Shown here one piece after another: positions 21,061 to 32,366 of a stretch of 64,000 nucleotides of DNA (within the stretch, counting starts at the first letter, position 1; every line of letters begins with the position of its first letter). A program made the position numbers and the translations under genes. The stretch is taken from the sequence record NC_048047.1; one strand, given 5' to 3'. Below the pieces are notes generated by a model that was not told the DNA's origin, did no database searches, and saw only the letters and a program-made list of their open reading frames with translations.

Positions 21061-21809
21061 ACGTCCACATCACCCACTGCTTCCAGGGCGAGTACGAGGG
21101 CTCGTGCAAGTACGGCGACGAGGACTGCCCCGCGCGGTTCGTCGCGCCGGCGCTCGCCCGCCGGATGCTGGAGGATTCGCGCTACTTCGGCGACGAAGAG
21201 GCCCCGTTCAACGGAAAGGCCTTTGATGGCGACAATCGCCTGCTGCTGATCGTCGGCGAGAACGCCTCGGGCAAGAGCCTGTTGTTCCGAATCCTGGCCG
21301 CCGTCGCGCGCCGCGATCATGGACTGACGGGCATCACCATCTCGATCCGCGAACGCACCGATTCCACCGTGCCGTTCCGCCGCATGTTCATGTTTGGCGA
21401 CGAAGCGGAGCAATCGACCGGCGCCACCTCGTTCGGCACCATCGAGATGGGCTTCAAGACGGCCAGCGGCGAGAGCCAGGGCAAGAACCTGCTGATGATC
21501 GACGAGCCCGAGATGGGCCTGTCGGACGGCTACGCCCGCGCCTTGGGCGAATACCTGGGTCAGAACGCCCGTGACCTTCCCGACGCCTGTCATGGCCTTG
21601 TTGTGGTGACCCACAACCGCCCGTTGGTGCAAGGCATCCTGATGGGCCTCAACGCCGCGCCGGCCTTTGCCCACCTGGGCGCATCGACGCCGCTATACGA
21701 CTGGCTGGAGCACCGCGAGACCCGCACGGTCAACGACCTGCGCGCCCTCAAGGAGACCGCCTCCGCACGTCGGAAGCAGACCCAGAAACTGATGGACCAA
21801 AAGGACTGA
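21057..21809 (+). CDS. stand-alone ABC-type ATPase with N-terminal His/Cys motif
   Basis: Walker A GENASGKS, Walker B LMIDEPE, D-loop GLSD, H-loop VVTHN; N-terminal HITHC...SCKYGDEDCP. Confidence 0.8.
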   Translation: MNVHITHCFQGEYEGSCKYGDEDCPARFVAPALARRMLEDSRYFGDEEAPFNGKAFDGDNRLLLIVGENASGKSLLFRILAAVARRDHGLTGITISIRERTDSTVPFRRMFMFGDEAEQSTGATSFGTIEMGFKTASGESQGKNLLMIDEPEMGLSDGYARALGEYLGQNARDLPDACHGLVVVTHNRPLVQGILMGLNAAPAFAHLGASTPLYDWLEHRETRTVNDLRALKETASARRKQTQKLMDQKD

Positions 21810-21810
21810 C

Positions 21811-23216
21811 ATGCCCAAGCCGACGAAAGCCGACGCCTACGAGAACATCCGCTTTGTGGTGTTCGACGCCCTGATCGCCAGGATGCCGCGCGGGTCGTAC
21901 GACTACCTGGAGGAGGCCGCCGTTGTCGCTGCCGAGGCCCTGAAGAACCCGGCCTTCGCCTGGGTGTTCGAAGTCCTGGCCGAGAAAGAGGACGCGCCGT
22001 CGTGAGCGAAGACCGCCTCGATCCGCCGGTCCTCCAGAAGCTGATCTACAAGCACTTCTACAACGGACCCGTCGGCGGCGCCGCGCTGCGTCTGGCCAAG
22101 ATCATCAATCGGCACGCCCAGGGTTTGCCGATCATGGCCTTCGAGGAGGTCCTGCAAGAGTTCTTGGTCCGGCGCCTGGGCCTCAACGAGACGACCGATC
22201 CCAAGCTGGCGGCCGAAAACAAGGAAGCCCTGGCGGCCGAGCGGGCGACCTTCTGGAAAGCCCTGAACGGCAAGGGCGGTGGCGGCATCGTCTTCGACCT
22301 GATCGCCTATGCGCGCGCCAAGGACCTCTACGAGTGCCTGACCGAGAAGGTCCAGCAGTTCGACCAGCCCGCCACCAACGCCCTGGGCATGACCGTCGAC
22401 GAGACGATCGCGCACCTGCAAGGCGTGATCGCCGACCGCACCGCCGATCTGGCTGTGGAGTCCGACCCCGACAGGCGCGCCAACCTGGAGGCGGTGATCG
22501 CCGACGTCCAGGCGGCCCTGGCCAAGCTGCAACAGGACGAAGGAACCCGCCCATGAGCCAGGACATCGCCACCTCGACCCTGCCCTTCTTCCTGGGCTCG
22601 CTGGTCAAGTACGCCAAGGACGGCCCCAGCGCGTGGCTGCTCTGCGAGCGCGCCGAGGATCAGCAATACCTGCCTGAGATGATCAAGGGCACCTGGAACA
22701 TCGAAGGCCATCCCAATTCCAGCCACTTCACGCCGGAATTCGTCTACGGCTTCTTCGCCACCAGGGAAGAGGCCGCGAGAGCCTGGGCTGTCGCCGGCGC
22801 CTCGTGGCAGACCAACGCGCTGCTGCTGGCTAAGCTGCGGAGGCAACTGGCGCAAGGCGAGGTCGAACAACGCCAAGCGGCCATCGCCATTGCCCAGGAA
22901 TTGGCCACCCTCATCGAAACCGTTCGCGGCGAGGACATCGACGCGACCATCAAACTCGTGGACGTCTGACATGGGCCGCAAGCTGATCCTCACCCGCCTC
23001 AATCCCGAGCGTGAACTGTCCCGCGCCGACCAGCGCACCTTCGAGGACATCCAGGACCTGCTGGGCAAGGCCGGGCAACTGGCCGATCGCCTCGGCCCGG
23101 ACGTCTCGGTGGTCATGGAACTCTGGGACGCCGAGGAGACCGGCAACACCGTGCGCGGCCGTCTCCAGTACGGTTGCTCGGGCGCCTCGATCTGCTCCTC
23201 GCGCGTCGCCTCTTGA
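21811..23216 (+). CDS. coupled hypothetical genes (21811-22005, 22002-22556, 22553-22969, 22971-23216)
   Basis: stop-start overlaps. Confidence 0.7.
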
Positions 23217-23242
23217 CGCCATTCATGACGCCGTGCTACGAC
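23213..23242 (+). promoter_or_regulatory. sigma70-type promoter, probably giving a leaderless mRNA
   Basis: TTGACG(23213-23218)-18 nt-TACGAC(23237-23242); ATG 7 nt later at 23250 with no SD. Confidence 0.55.
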
Positions 23243-23249
23243 CGGCGTC

Positions 23250-24348
23250 ATGAAAGAGCTTCACCACCAGGACCTGCACGCGGTAACCTCCGCCACCGGC
23301 AAGAGCCGTCTCGTGTTCGGCTCGCCAGCCGACGCCAAGGCGCGCGCCGAGCAGCTATCGCGCCTGGAAGACGGCTCCTTGGTCCAGACGTGGCAGGTCA
23401 GCGACGTCTATCACATCCTGCACGACCTCGATCCAGGCCCCGCTGAGCGCCGGCGCGCGATCAACACCGTCACCATCCTGGGGCAGGTGGCCAAGGCCTC
23501 TCCGCTCACCGTCTATAGGGCTCCTGGCGATGCGCGTCCGGTTGAGTCAGACGCCTCGCGCGACGTCGCCGAGGCGGGCCTGCGCATCGACGCTGGCATG
23601 ATCATCCATAAGCTCAAGAACGGCCTCTCGCCCGCGACCCTGTCCCAGCGGCAGATCAACACCCTTGTCGACGCCTGGGCTCTGATGATCCGCGACATGG
23701 GCCGCCTGCACGACCTGGAACTGATGCAGGACGCCTAAGGCGCCGCGTCGCTCCGCCCCGGCATTAACCTTAACGAGAGACGCCCCGTGACCAACAGCTT
23801 CTACACCGAAGACGGCGACTACGATGACGAGCGTGAGGCCCACCGCGAGGGCATGCTGGGCTTCTTCCGCGAGGCCGAACAGGAGATCGCCAAGCTGGCC
23901 CCGCCGATCGGCCGCGCGCTGAACGAGGCCAGCTACACCATGGGCGAGATCAATCTGTGGATTGATCAGGAAGGCGGCATCTCCACCCCCGCCATCATCC
24001 AGGCCTGGGCTTTGGTGGAGACCCTGCGCCGCAACGGTGGCCAGTTCCCCGCCAAGCTGCGGATGTAGTCCCATGAGCAACGCCCGCACCAGCGGCTACG
24101 TCCAGGAGATCGAGGACGCCCGCGCCACGCTGTTGATCGCCGAACGTGACGCCTTCAACACCGACCTCTTCGAAGACGCCTTGGCCGACGACAACCTCAA
24201 GCGCGAGGTCGCCAAGGGCATCGACGCGATGGTCCAGTCTGGCATCTGGTTCAGCGACGCGGGGCTTCACGACGCCATCCAGGCGTGGTCCCTGGTCGAG
24301 GCCATCCGACGCAACGGCGGCGTCTATCCGCCGGAGCTTGAGGCATGA
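23250..24348 (+). CDS. hypothetical proteins (23250-23738, 23787-24068, 24073-24348); last two are tandem paralogues
   Basis: IIQAWALVETLRRNGGQFP versus AIQAWSLVEAIRRNGGVYP. Confidence 0.75.
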
Positions 24349-25928
24349 TGTCCTGGCCCGAGACCTACAGCCTCACCCGTGAGGAGATGTTGGCCTTCGT
24401 CAAGCAGCATGACGCCTATTCGGAGGCCTTCCGCTCGGCCTTTCTGGGCATCCTGGCCGCCAGCGCCAGTGATCTGCGCGTGAATATCTTGGGCCTGTCA
24501 CGCACCGGGCGCCGCGCCGACGGCCTCTGCTATCTGGGCCACATCACCGGCGCCGACGAGCGCCTACTGATCCGCTGCTTCCATGGCGTGCGCTTTGGCG
24601 ATACCCCGCCGGTGCTGACCGAAGAGGGCAGCAACGTGCTGCACTTCATCGCCCAGTTCTATCCCGACGAGATCAACGACCACATCGGTCCCTTCAGCAA
24701 GGTCTATGCGCACCTACGCGCGCCGCCCAAGCCCAAGGCCGAGAAGAAGCCCAAGAAGGATAAGACCGATGTCGTGGTTTGACGACTTCAAGGCGTGGCT
24801 GAGCTACACCCGTCAGCACAACAACCCCAGCCAGGGCGAATTTCGCATCCACCAGTTCGCTCCCGATCGCTTCGTGGTCCAGCTTCACAATGGTGAAGCC
24901 TGGAAGGGGCTGACCGAGGAAGGCAAAATCTCCGGCTACCGTTTCATCAAGCACTACGAGACCCTGGCCCAGGCTGTCGAGGCCCTGGCTTTGCAGCGCG
25001 CCCGCTGGTCGTCCCTGTTCGAGGGTGAGATCGAACGTCTGCTGGGCAGCGAGGTCTCCTACTATCCCGAGGGCCTGCATCCCGTGCGCAAGCACCGGGG
25101 GCGCTCCTGGAAGGTCGAAAAGCGCGCTTTGGAAGTGGCCCTCAAGGGCTTCGAGTAAGTTCCCGCGTTGACGCCCATCGTGGCGCCATGATAGCCAAGA
25201 CGTCATAGAAAAGGAATCGTCATGCCCTGGTGGTGGCCCTTCAAAAGCCGGTTGGAAGTGCAGGAGTTTGTCCACGTCCGCACGCCCCAATCCTACGATG
25301 TCCGGGTCGTTCAGGTCGACGACGAGACCTTCTACGTCGAGGCCTATGTCAACGGCGTCTGGCGGCGTCTGCTCTCCATGCGCCACACCGACTGGCGTCT
25401 GACCCTGGCCAGCGGCAAGGCCTGGAAAACCTTCGAGGAGGCCAAGGCCGCCGCCGAGGCCTTTACGGCCTATCGTGTCGCTTGGATCGCCAAGGAAACC
25501 TCCAGGCTGCGCGAGCACTGCAACACCTTCTATCCGACCGAATACGTGCGCGAGCCTGATTACGCGCATGTCAACCATGAGGCCCAGGCGGTCGACAACT
25601 TCCGTCTGAGCTACGGATGAGGAACCGCGCTCACCAAGTCCTGGCCCTGCTCGCCGACGCCTCCGATGAAGGTTTCGACGACATCCTGTGCGACGGCGCC
25701 TGCTATGTCGGACACGTGCGCATCAGCCGAGGCACGGTGACAGAGCTTCTGATCCACATGGCCATCTCGCGCTCCGATGAGGAGACCGAGCGCTACACGA
25801 TCAACAGCACGGGCCTTGCCATTCACCGTCGGCCGGCCCTGGCGCCAGACATCCTCAAGGCGATCGGCCAGGGCATCGCGTTCACGATCGACGCCGAGGA
25901 CCAGATCAAGGTCCTGGACTATCCTTAA
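24345..25928 (+). CDS. hypothetical genes (24345-24782, 24769-25158, 25222-25620, 25617-25928)
   Basis: coupled ORFs; promoter TTGACG at 25168 upstream of 25222. Confidence 0.7.
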
Positions 25929-25946
25929 ACCCTGCAAGGAGCACGC

Positions 25947-26684
25947 ATGCCCCAGACCATGAACGACCTGCTTGAAGCCGTCCCTGCCGGATCGCTGGAA
26001 CGCCATCTGCTCAACCAGATGCAGGACAAATCGATGCTGCTGCGCGAGGCGACCTATCTGAAGCTGGCGGGTGATCAGTACACCTACATTCAGGAAGGCT
26101 GGCTGCCCGGCGTGGCGTTCATGGGCGCCTCGGAGACGCCCTCGTCCGGCGATGGCGTACTGAACCCCCGCTCCGAGACCCTGATCCCCTACGTTCAACG
26201 CGACGAACATCTGCCCCGCCTGATCGAACGCGATGTGATCATCGGCGGTAACGGCGATGGTTTCGGCCTCTATGACCGCCTGCTTCCGCTCCAGATCATC
26301 AAGGCCCCCGACAACGTCTTCACGCCGGCCGACCTCCAGGCGACGATCGACGCGGTCGACGGCCCCACTCACGTCTACATGACGCAAGGCAAGTTCGACG
26401 CCCTGGTCGCCGCCGAGGTGATCGTCGATGGACGATTGGTCGACAACGAAGACCTGGGCATCCTGATCGCGTCCGATGGCCTTGGCCTCAACTATGCCGA
26501 GATCGACCACGCGATCGTGGTGCTCAACATGGGCGAAGCCGGCGTCGTCATCCTCTACAACGATCCGCCGTACGTCGAAGACCAGTTCGCCGCCTGGGAC
26601 GTGTCGCTGGCCGTGATGAGCGGGCGGGCGGTGGCGCGCTACGAGGACGTCAAGATCATCGAGCCGGCGGTCGCGCTGGTCTGA
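25947..26684 (+). CDS. shortened major-capsid-protein-like paralogue (HK97 fold)
   Basis: ordered motifs GDQYTYIQEGWLPGVAF, GVLNPRSETL, IDAVDGPTHVYM, IVVLNMGEAGV, WDVSLAVMSGRAVARYEDVK resemble a phage MCP family (recalled, not searched); SD AAGGAG. Confidence 0.6.
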   Translation: MPQTMNDLLEAVPAGSLERHLLNQMQDKSMLLREATYLKLAGDQYTYIQEGWLPGVAFMGASETPSSGDGVLNPRSETLIPYVQRDEHLPRLIERDVIIGGNGDGFGLYDRLLPLQIIKAPDNVFTPADLQATIDAVDGPTHVYMTQGKFDALVAAEVIVDGRLVDNEDLGILIASDGLGLNYAEIDHAIVVLNMGEAGVVILYNDPPYVEDQFAAWDVSLAVMSGRAVARYEDVKIIEPAVALV

Positions 26685-26686
26685 TC

Positions 26687-28751
26687 ATGACCAAGATGCT
26701 GGTGCTCGAACAGGCGATCGAACGCTTCCCCGTCCTGCTCCTCCTGGCGCAGGGCGTGGGACGCTGGACGCGTCTGCGCGACACTAGCATTGACGAGCCC
26801 ACCCTGTCGGCGCTGGTGACCGAGGGCGTCGTCGAGGTTGGGCGCTACAAGCCTGACCAGCGGGTGCGTGGCCGCACGCGGACCTTCCGGGCGCTGGCCC
26901 TCACCGCCAAGGGCGAACTGCTGTCGGCCATGCTGCGCGACGCCTTCCGCGAGCACAATCTGGCCTGGAGCTATGGTCCTGACGACGGCGTGGGGCGTGT
27001 GGCCATGCGCGCCGACTGGGGCCAGCCCAAGATCGAGTACGTCGCTGACGGATACCTGGGTCACCGGCGCAAGGTGATCACCGCCCGGCCCGACAATCAC
27101 AAGACCAAGATGAAGAAAGCCGCCCAACAGGCCCTGGCCAAGTGGCGTCTATGGCAGAGAGCACCGACATGAGCGATTACGAGCGTCAATTCGAGGAACA
27201 GTTCGACGACCTGGAGGTCGACCGTCGCCGTGCGCGCAGCCTGATCGACGACTTCGCCACGCACGCCGTGCCCGAGGACAAGAAGGATGCGGTCGACAAG
27301 CTGATCGGGCTGGCCAACTACTTCGATCACCTGGAGATCAAGCTGGACCTGGAGACGGCGATCGCCGCCTGGGCGCTCGTTGAGGAGGCGCTGCTGTGCG
27401 GCCCCGAGGAGATCGACGACCTCATCCAAGACATCGCGGCGGGCTAAGATGCAGACCGGTATCGTCGATCGCACCTATGAGACCCGCAAGGAATACTGGG
27501 TCGTGCGAGGCTTCTCCAAGAGGTCCAACTGCTACGTCTACCCCAATCATGGCTGGTCCTATACCTCCTGGACCCGCACCGTCGGCGACACCTATGACAC
27601 CCTGGAACAGGCCCGCAGGGGCATCCAGGGCGGCTATATCGAGGACATGATCGAGACCCAGCAGGTCGTCGACATCGAGTTCCTGCACTACAAGCGCGTC
27701 CGCCAGATCGCCGAGCACGTCGAGGTCTTCGCCTTCCGCGCCGATGGCGAGCCATCGACCCTGGCCACGCCAACCGTGGTCGTCGAGAACTGGACGCTAC
27801 GGCCGGACGACTACATCGGCATCGGAAGCGAAGACAACAGCGACGTCGCCATCTATGGTCGCGTCACCGCCTTGCGCGACGGCAAGGCCTATATCGACGT
27901 CATCAACGGCGGTTGGATCATGGTTGTGCGCATGGACGGCGACCAGACCGTCATCGACGCCGAATCCGGCTGCTGCCAGGGCGCCGATGAAGGCGAAGAC
28001 ACCAGGGTCGGCAGACCCGTGCGCGTCCTATTCCAGGGCGTGCCCGACCCGCATCAAGACCCCGAGTGCTACACCACTCAGATGGACGCGTGGCGTGACC
28101 AGCAGGAGGCGAAGGGCGCATGATCGAGATCGCTCACTATCGGCATCCCGCGCAAAGCACCCGCTGGGAAACGGATTTCTATGTCTTCGCCAGGGTCGAG
28201 TTCCCTTCGAGCCAGGGCAAGCCGATCTTCGAGGAAGTCGTCTGGGGCGCCGACTTCGCCAGGACCGGATGGCGCAAGGTCAATGCTGAAGGCGTCAGTC
28301 CGGTCGGGTTCCAGCGCCGTGAAGATGCCGACAAGGACGTGATGTCCGATCGCGCGCGCTGGTTCAACGGCCAGGAACTCACCGCCGTCCATGATCTGCG
28401 CTTCCTCAAGCGCACCGTCGTCACCGCCACCTATTATGAGGACGTGCAATGATCGACGAGATCGAGGTGATCCTGCGCACCTACCACAAGTCCGGCCGCG
28501 ATGGCGATCGGGCCACACGCGACAAGCCCTATCGCGACTACGAGATCGTGCTGCGGCGCCCCGTCGCCGAACTCGAAGTCCCCGTCCGCCTCTTCGATGG
28601 ATATGACAGTTTCAACGTTTCGATCCGCTCTGATCAGTACCGCCTCGCCGAGGCCCTGGCAAACCAGTTGGCCGACCTCTTCCAGTCAGCCGTCATCCGC
28701 GAAGACTATGAGCCTCAGGTCACGACAACCTGGGTCAAACGAGAACAATAA
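26687..28751 (+). CDS. hypothetical genes (26687-27172, 27169-27447, 27449-28123, 28120-28452, 28449-28751)
   Basis: coupled ORFs. Confidence 0.7.
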
Positions 28752-28761
28752 GGGAAACCCC

Positions 28762-29367
28762 ATGGACCGTCGTTCATTCCTCGCCGCCGGCTTTGCCGCC
28801 GCCCTGGCGCCGGCGATCGCCCAGGCCTATCCGCTCACCGATCCAACCAAGCTGATCGACAGCTTCCTGATCGACCGCGTCACCAGCGGTGATCTGGCCT
28901 TCAAGCCCACGACGCCGGCCATGCTCTCGCTGGCCCGCAACATGACCAGCCGTCTGTTCATGCAGCCGGTCGACACCACCTCCTACCGCCTCTCGGACTG
29001 GGGTGTGCGGCGCGGCCATTTCTTGCTGGTGGATCGTTTGTTCGACCCCTCCAAGGGTGGCGCCAAGAAGCTGATCCGCGACGTCTACGAGCTTAGCGAG
29101 GAACACCACCGTGATCCCACCGGGCGACGGTTCATGTCCGTCGCCGTGGGCAAGGATCGCGATGTGATCGCCCGTATGCAGTCGCGTGATCGCGCGCCGG
29201 GCGGCATCGTCACCACCACCCTGACCCGCACCCAGGCCAAGCAGAACGACTGGCGCATGGCCTATCTGCGCGCTGGCCGCCTGCGCCCGTCGGGCTACCT
29301 GCACACCAGCGACATCCTGCTGCTGGAGCCGACGGCGGCCTTCCCAAAGCTGACGCGTGTGGCATGA
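28762..29367 (+). CDS. Tat-signal protein, paralogue family member 1
   Basis: MDRRSFLAAGFAAALAPAIAQA; C-terminal TLTRTQAKQNDWRMAYLRAGRLRP. Confidence 0.7.
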   Translation: MDRRSFLAAGFAAALAPAIAQAYPLTDPTKLIDSFLIDRVTSGDLAFKPTTPAMLSLARNMTSRLFMQPVDTTSYRLSDWGVRRGHFLLVDRLFDPSKGGAKKLIRDVYELSEEHHRDPTGRRFMSVAVGKDRDVIARMQSRDRAPGGIVTTTLTRTQAKQNDWRMAYLRAGRLRPSGYLHTSDILLLEPTAAFPKLTRVA

Positions 29368-29920
29368 TCCCGCTCCCGATCGTCCAGGATACGCATGAGA
29401 CCAAGACCTACTTCGTCGTCCACGCCCAGGCCCGGTCGACCAAGAGCGGCGCTGTCTGGCCGATCTATCTGGCCGGCGACCGCGCGTTGCGCGGCTGGGC
29501 GCAGTATCCCTACCACATGACCGGAGACCAACCGTTTCGGTTTAAGGCTGTGGAGGAGGCCTGGGCCGCCGCCGCCAAGGACACCGTCGGCTACAAGGTC
29601 GAGGGCGTCGTGGTCACCGAGCACATCGTGGAAACCCGCACCACCCACAAAACGATCGATCACCGATGCACCTAGATGTAAAACCCGAACTCTGCCTCAT
29701 GGGCGAGGATGTGGAACGCGACCTCGACGTCCACGGCGGCTTCGACTGGATGGTGCTGTCCTATGCCCAGACCATCTTCTCCCATCCCGTCTTCGTCGAG
29801 CGTTTCGACACCGAGGAGATGGCGATCTTCGCTGGCCGTCAGCGGCTCGAAGAGGGCTATCGCCATGTCGACGTCGTCAAGCAAGTCGCCTATTCCTGCA
29901 TGCCCTGGATCGAGGACTGA
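29364..29920 (+). CDS. two hypothetical proteins (29364-29675, 29666-29920)
   Basis: coupled ORFs. Confidence 0.65.
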
Positions 29921-29923
29921 CCC

Positions 29924-30676
29924 ATGAACCTCACTCGTCGCGCCATTCTCGCCTCCGCTGGCATCGCCGGCGCCTTCTTTGTCATGCCGGCCATCGCCAA
30001 GGCGCCGATCAGCGAGCGCGTTGAAAAGTGGCTGGCCCAGATGGTCTATGGCGGCAACTTCTCGGTGCATGTCCAGGCGGTCGATCCCGAAGTGCTGGAA
30101 GCCTTGCGCGCTGGCGCGCTCGCCGAGCAGCATGACGCCTGGGTCCCGGACAGCCCCTCCAACGTCGTCACCATCTCCCGCCGCGACATGGTCCGCCTGA
30201 CGCCGCGCGGCGTCGAGATGGGGCAGGTGTTCCTGGCCGCCCGCCTGGGCCGGCATGCACGCTTCCTGATGGCCCAGGCGATCGACTCCAAGCCCGCCAA
30301 ACAAGGCTACGCCTACAAGGTCCTGCGCGGCAGCGAGGCTGAGAACGCCAACTTCAAGCGCGTGTTCGGCAAGCCATATTCCAACGGCGCCCTGCCGCGC
30401 ACGGTGTTGACGCAAGAGCAGGCGGCCAGGGGCGACTGGCGCATGGTCCTGCTGCGCGAGGCCTATCTGCGGCCCGCCGCCGCCGGTTCGACCCTCATCG
30501 CCCTGGAGCGCACGCCGGCAGGCGAGGACTGGTATCAGGCTTGCCTGATCGACCAGCAATACGATCGAGTCGAGGCGCGCCTGAAGAAGATGGGCATCAA
30601 ACCCGTCTTCGACATGAACAGGGCCGAGGCCTTCGCGGTCAACTTTGGTCGCGGCAAGATCGTGGCCGCCGGATGA
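29924..30676 (+). CDS. Tat-signal protein, paralogue family member 2
   Basis: MNLTRRAILASAGIAGAFFVMPAIAKA; VLTQEQAARGDWRMVLLREAYLRP. Confidence 0.7.
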   Translation: MNLTRRAILASAGIAGAFFVMPAIAKAPISERVEKWLAQMVYGGNFSVHVQAVDPEVLEALRAGALAEQHDAWVPDSPSNVVTISRRDMVRLTPRGVEMGQVFLAARLGRHARFLMAQAIDSKPAKQGYAYKVLRGSEAENANFKRVFGKPYSNGALPRTVLTQEQAARGDWRMVLLREAYLRPAAAGSTLIALERTPAGEDWYQACLIDQQYDRVEARLKKMGIKPVFDMNRAEAFAVNFGRGKIVAAG

Positions 30677-30996
30677 TCGATCGTCGCACCCTCCTGGCAG
30701 GCCTCTTCACCGCGCCCGTCGCCCTGCCGGCCATCGCCCAGGCCCTACCTGTCGATCCTAATCCTGGTCCGGGCAAGATGCTCCTGGGCATCGATCCGGG
30801 CGCCCCTGGCGGCGGCACGGCGGTGTGGATGATGCGTGACCCGCGCGGATATCTGGTCACCTGCTACAAGTCCCAAGGCGGGACCTGGGACGACGCCGTC
30901 TATCTGTCGACCGACGGTCTCAATCAAGCCAAGTTGCTGCCCGGCGAGAGCCTGATCCTGCGTGGCGATGGCGTCATGGAGCATCTGCGTCGATGA
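30673..30996 (+). CDS. short Tat-signal protein
   Basis: MIDRRTLLAGLFTAPVALPAIAQA. Confidence 0.65.
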   Translation: MIDRRTLLAGLFTAPVALPAIAQALPVDPNPGPGKMLLGIDPGAPGGGTAVWMMRDPRGYLVTCYKSQGGTWDDAVYLSTDGLNQAKLLPGESLILRGDGVMEHLRR

Positions 30997-32321
30997 CCGA
31001 TCAGTTCACCGTCGAGGAGATCGACCGCTTCCGCCAGTGGTACAACCACATGGAGGACAGCAACCTGGAATTCGTCGAGCCCGAGGACGCCAAGTTGGCG
31101 ATCAAGGTCCATGACCTTGTCGGCCGCCGGGTCAGCAGCCGCACGCGTGATATCGCCACGCCGCAAAAGCACTTCCTGCTCTCCTTCGACGAGGAGGACA
31201 TGAGCGCCCAGGACTCGGTGTCGTCGACCCTGACGCTCGTCAACGTCCTGATGCGGCGCGGCGTGGCCTTCGACATCACCTCCGAAACCACCATCATGCT
31301 GGTCTGCGCCCCCGAGGTTCTGGAGAAGGTCATGCCCGACCTGCCCGGCTGGCGTCATGCGCCACTCTACGAGACGGAAGAGAGTCCTCGCCCGTGAATG
31401 TCACCATCTACCAAGCCAATCCCGCCACCGCACAGGCGTCGCTTTTGGTGATCTGCCTGACGCCGGCCAACAAGGACTTTCCGTTCGTCTATGAGACGCG
31501 CCCCACCTTGAAGGAGGCCGAAGAGTTCGCCTATGCCAGCCTGAGCCGAGGCTACCGCCGCGCCGACGTCTTCGAGCAGGTCCCCATCGTTTCCTATAGG
31601 ATCGACGAATGAGCGCGCCTCAGCCGCCCGGCGATCTCGTAGGCGCCGGCGACGCCGTCTGGGATTGGGCCGATCGCCTCTCCACCTACACCCAGGACCT
31701 ACACCGCAGTCGTGAGCTTTGGCAGCAGATCGTCCGGGGCGACATGTTCTGTGGCTCTTGCCGGCTGTGGATGACCAAGTCCTGTCCCCGCGAACACAAT
31801 GACGGCCTCTCGGGCTACAGCCGAGGCCCTTCCAGCGAAGCCTTGAAATGCAGCCAGTACCAGATCACCCATTCGTCGGCGAAACTCTTGGAGGACCGCA
31901 AGACGGAGTACCAGCAAGTGGCTGGGCGCCTTCGCAGCGCTGGGTAGACTGGTCGTTCGAGGACGGCCTTCGCCAGCAGGAGGCTCGCCGCGAGAAGTGG
32001 TTCCAAAAGCTCCTGATCAATGCCTCCTGGGAGGCCTTGGCCAAGATCGCCTGTCCCGATGAGGGGCTGCGCGGCATCGTCTATGAAGGCCAACTCTTGT
32101 GGTGGAGCCCGTGGTTGGCCACCCACGGCGACGCCATGCACTGGCTGAACAAGCGTGGCTTCGAAGGCCGTGACGCCTGCATCGAGATGCACTTCGACGA
32201 GGCTGGCAAGCTCTACCTGACGGCCTGGGACCAGTCATCCTATGACGAGGCCCTGGCCCATCCGTCCCTGAACGGTAAAGACTGCAAGCCCTTCAGGCTG
32301 CGACGAGGCCTGCCGCACTGA
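30993..32321 (+). CDS. hypothetical genes (30993-31397, 31394-31612, 31609-31947, ~31848-32321 with uncertain start)
   Basis: coupled ORFs. Confidence 0.6.
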
Positions 32322-32366
32322 GGCCGGCTTGACGCACCCTAAGCACCGTGCGAGAAAGCCGTTGCC

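Noticed and set aside
24769-25620. 24769-25158 and 25222-25620 as paralogues
   Set aside because: Only a loose pattern resemblance by eye; it cannot be supported without an alignment.
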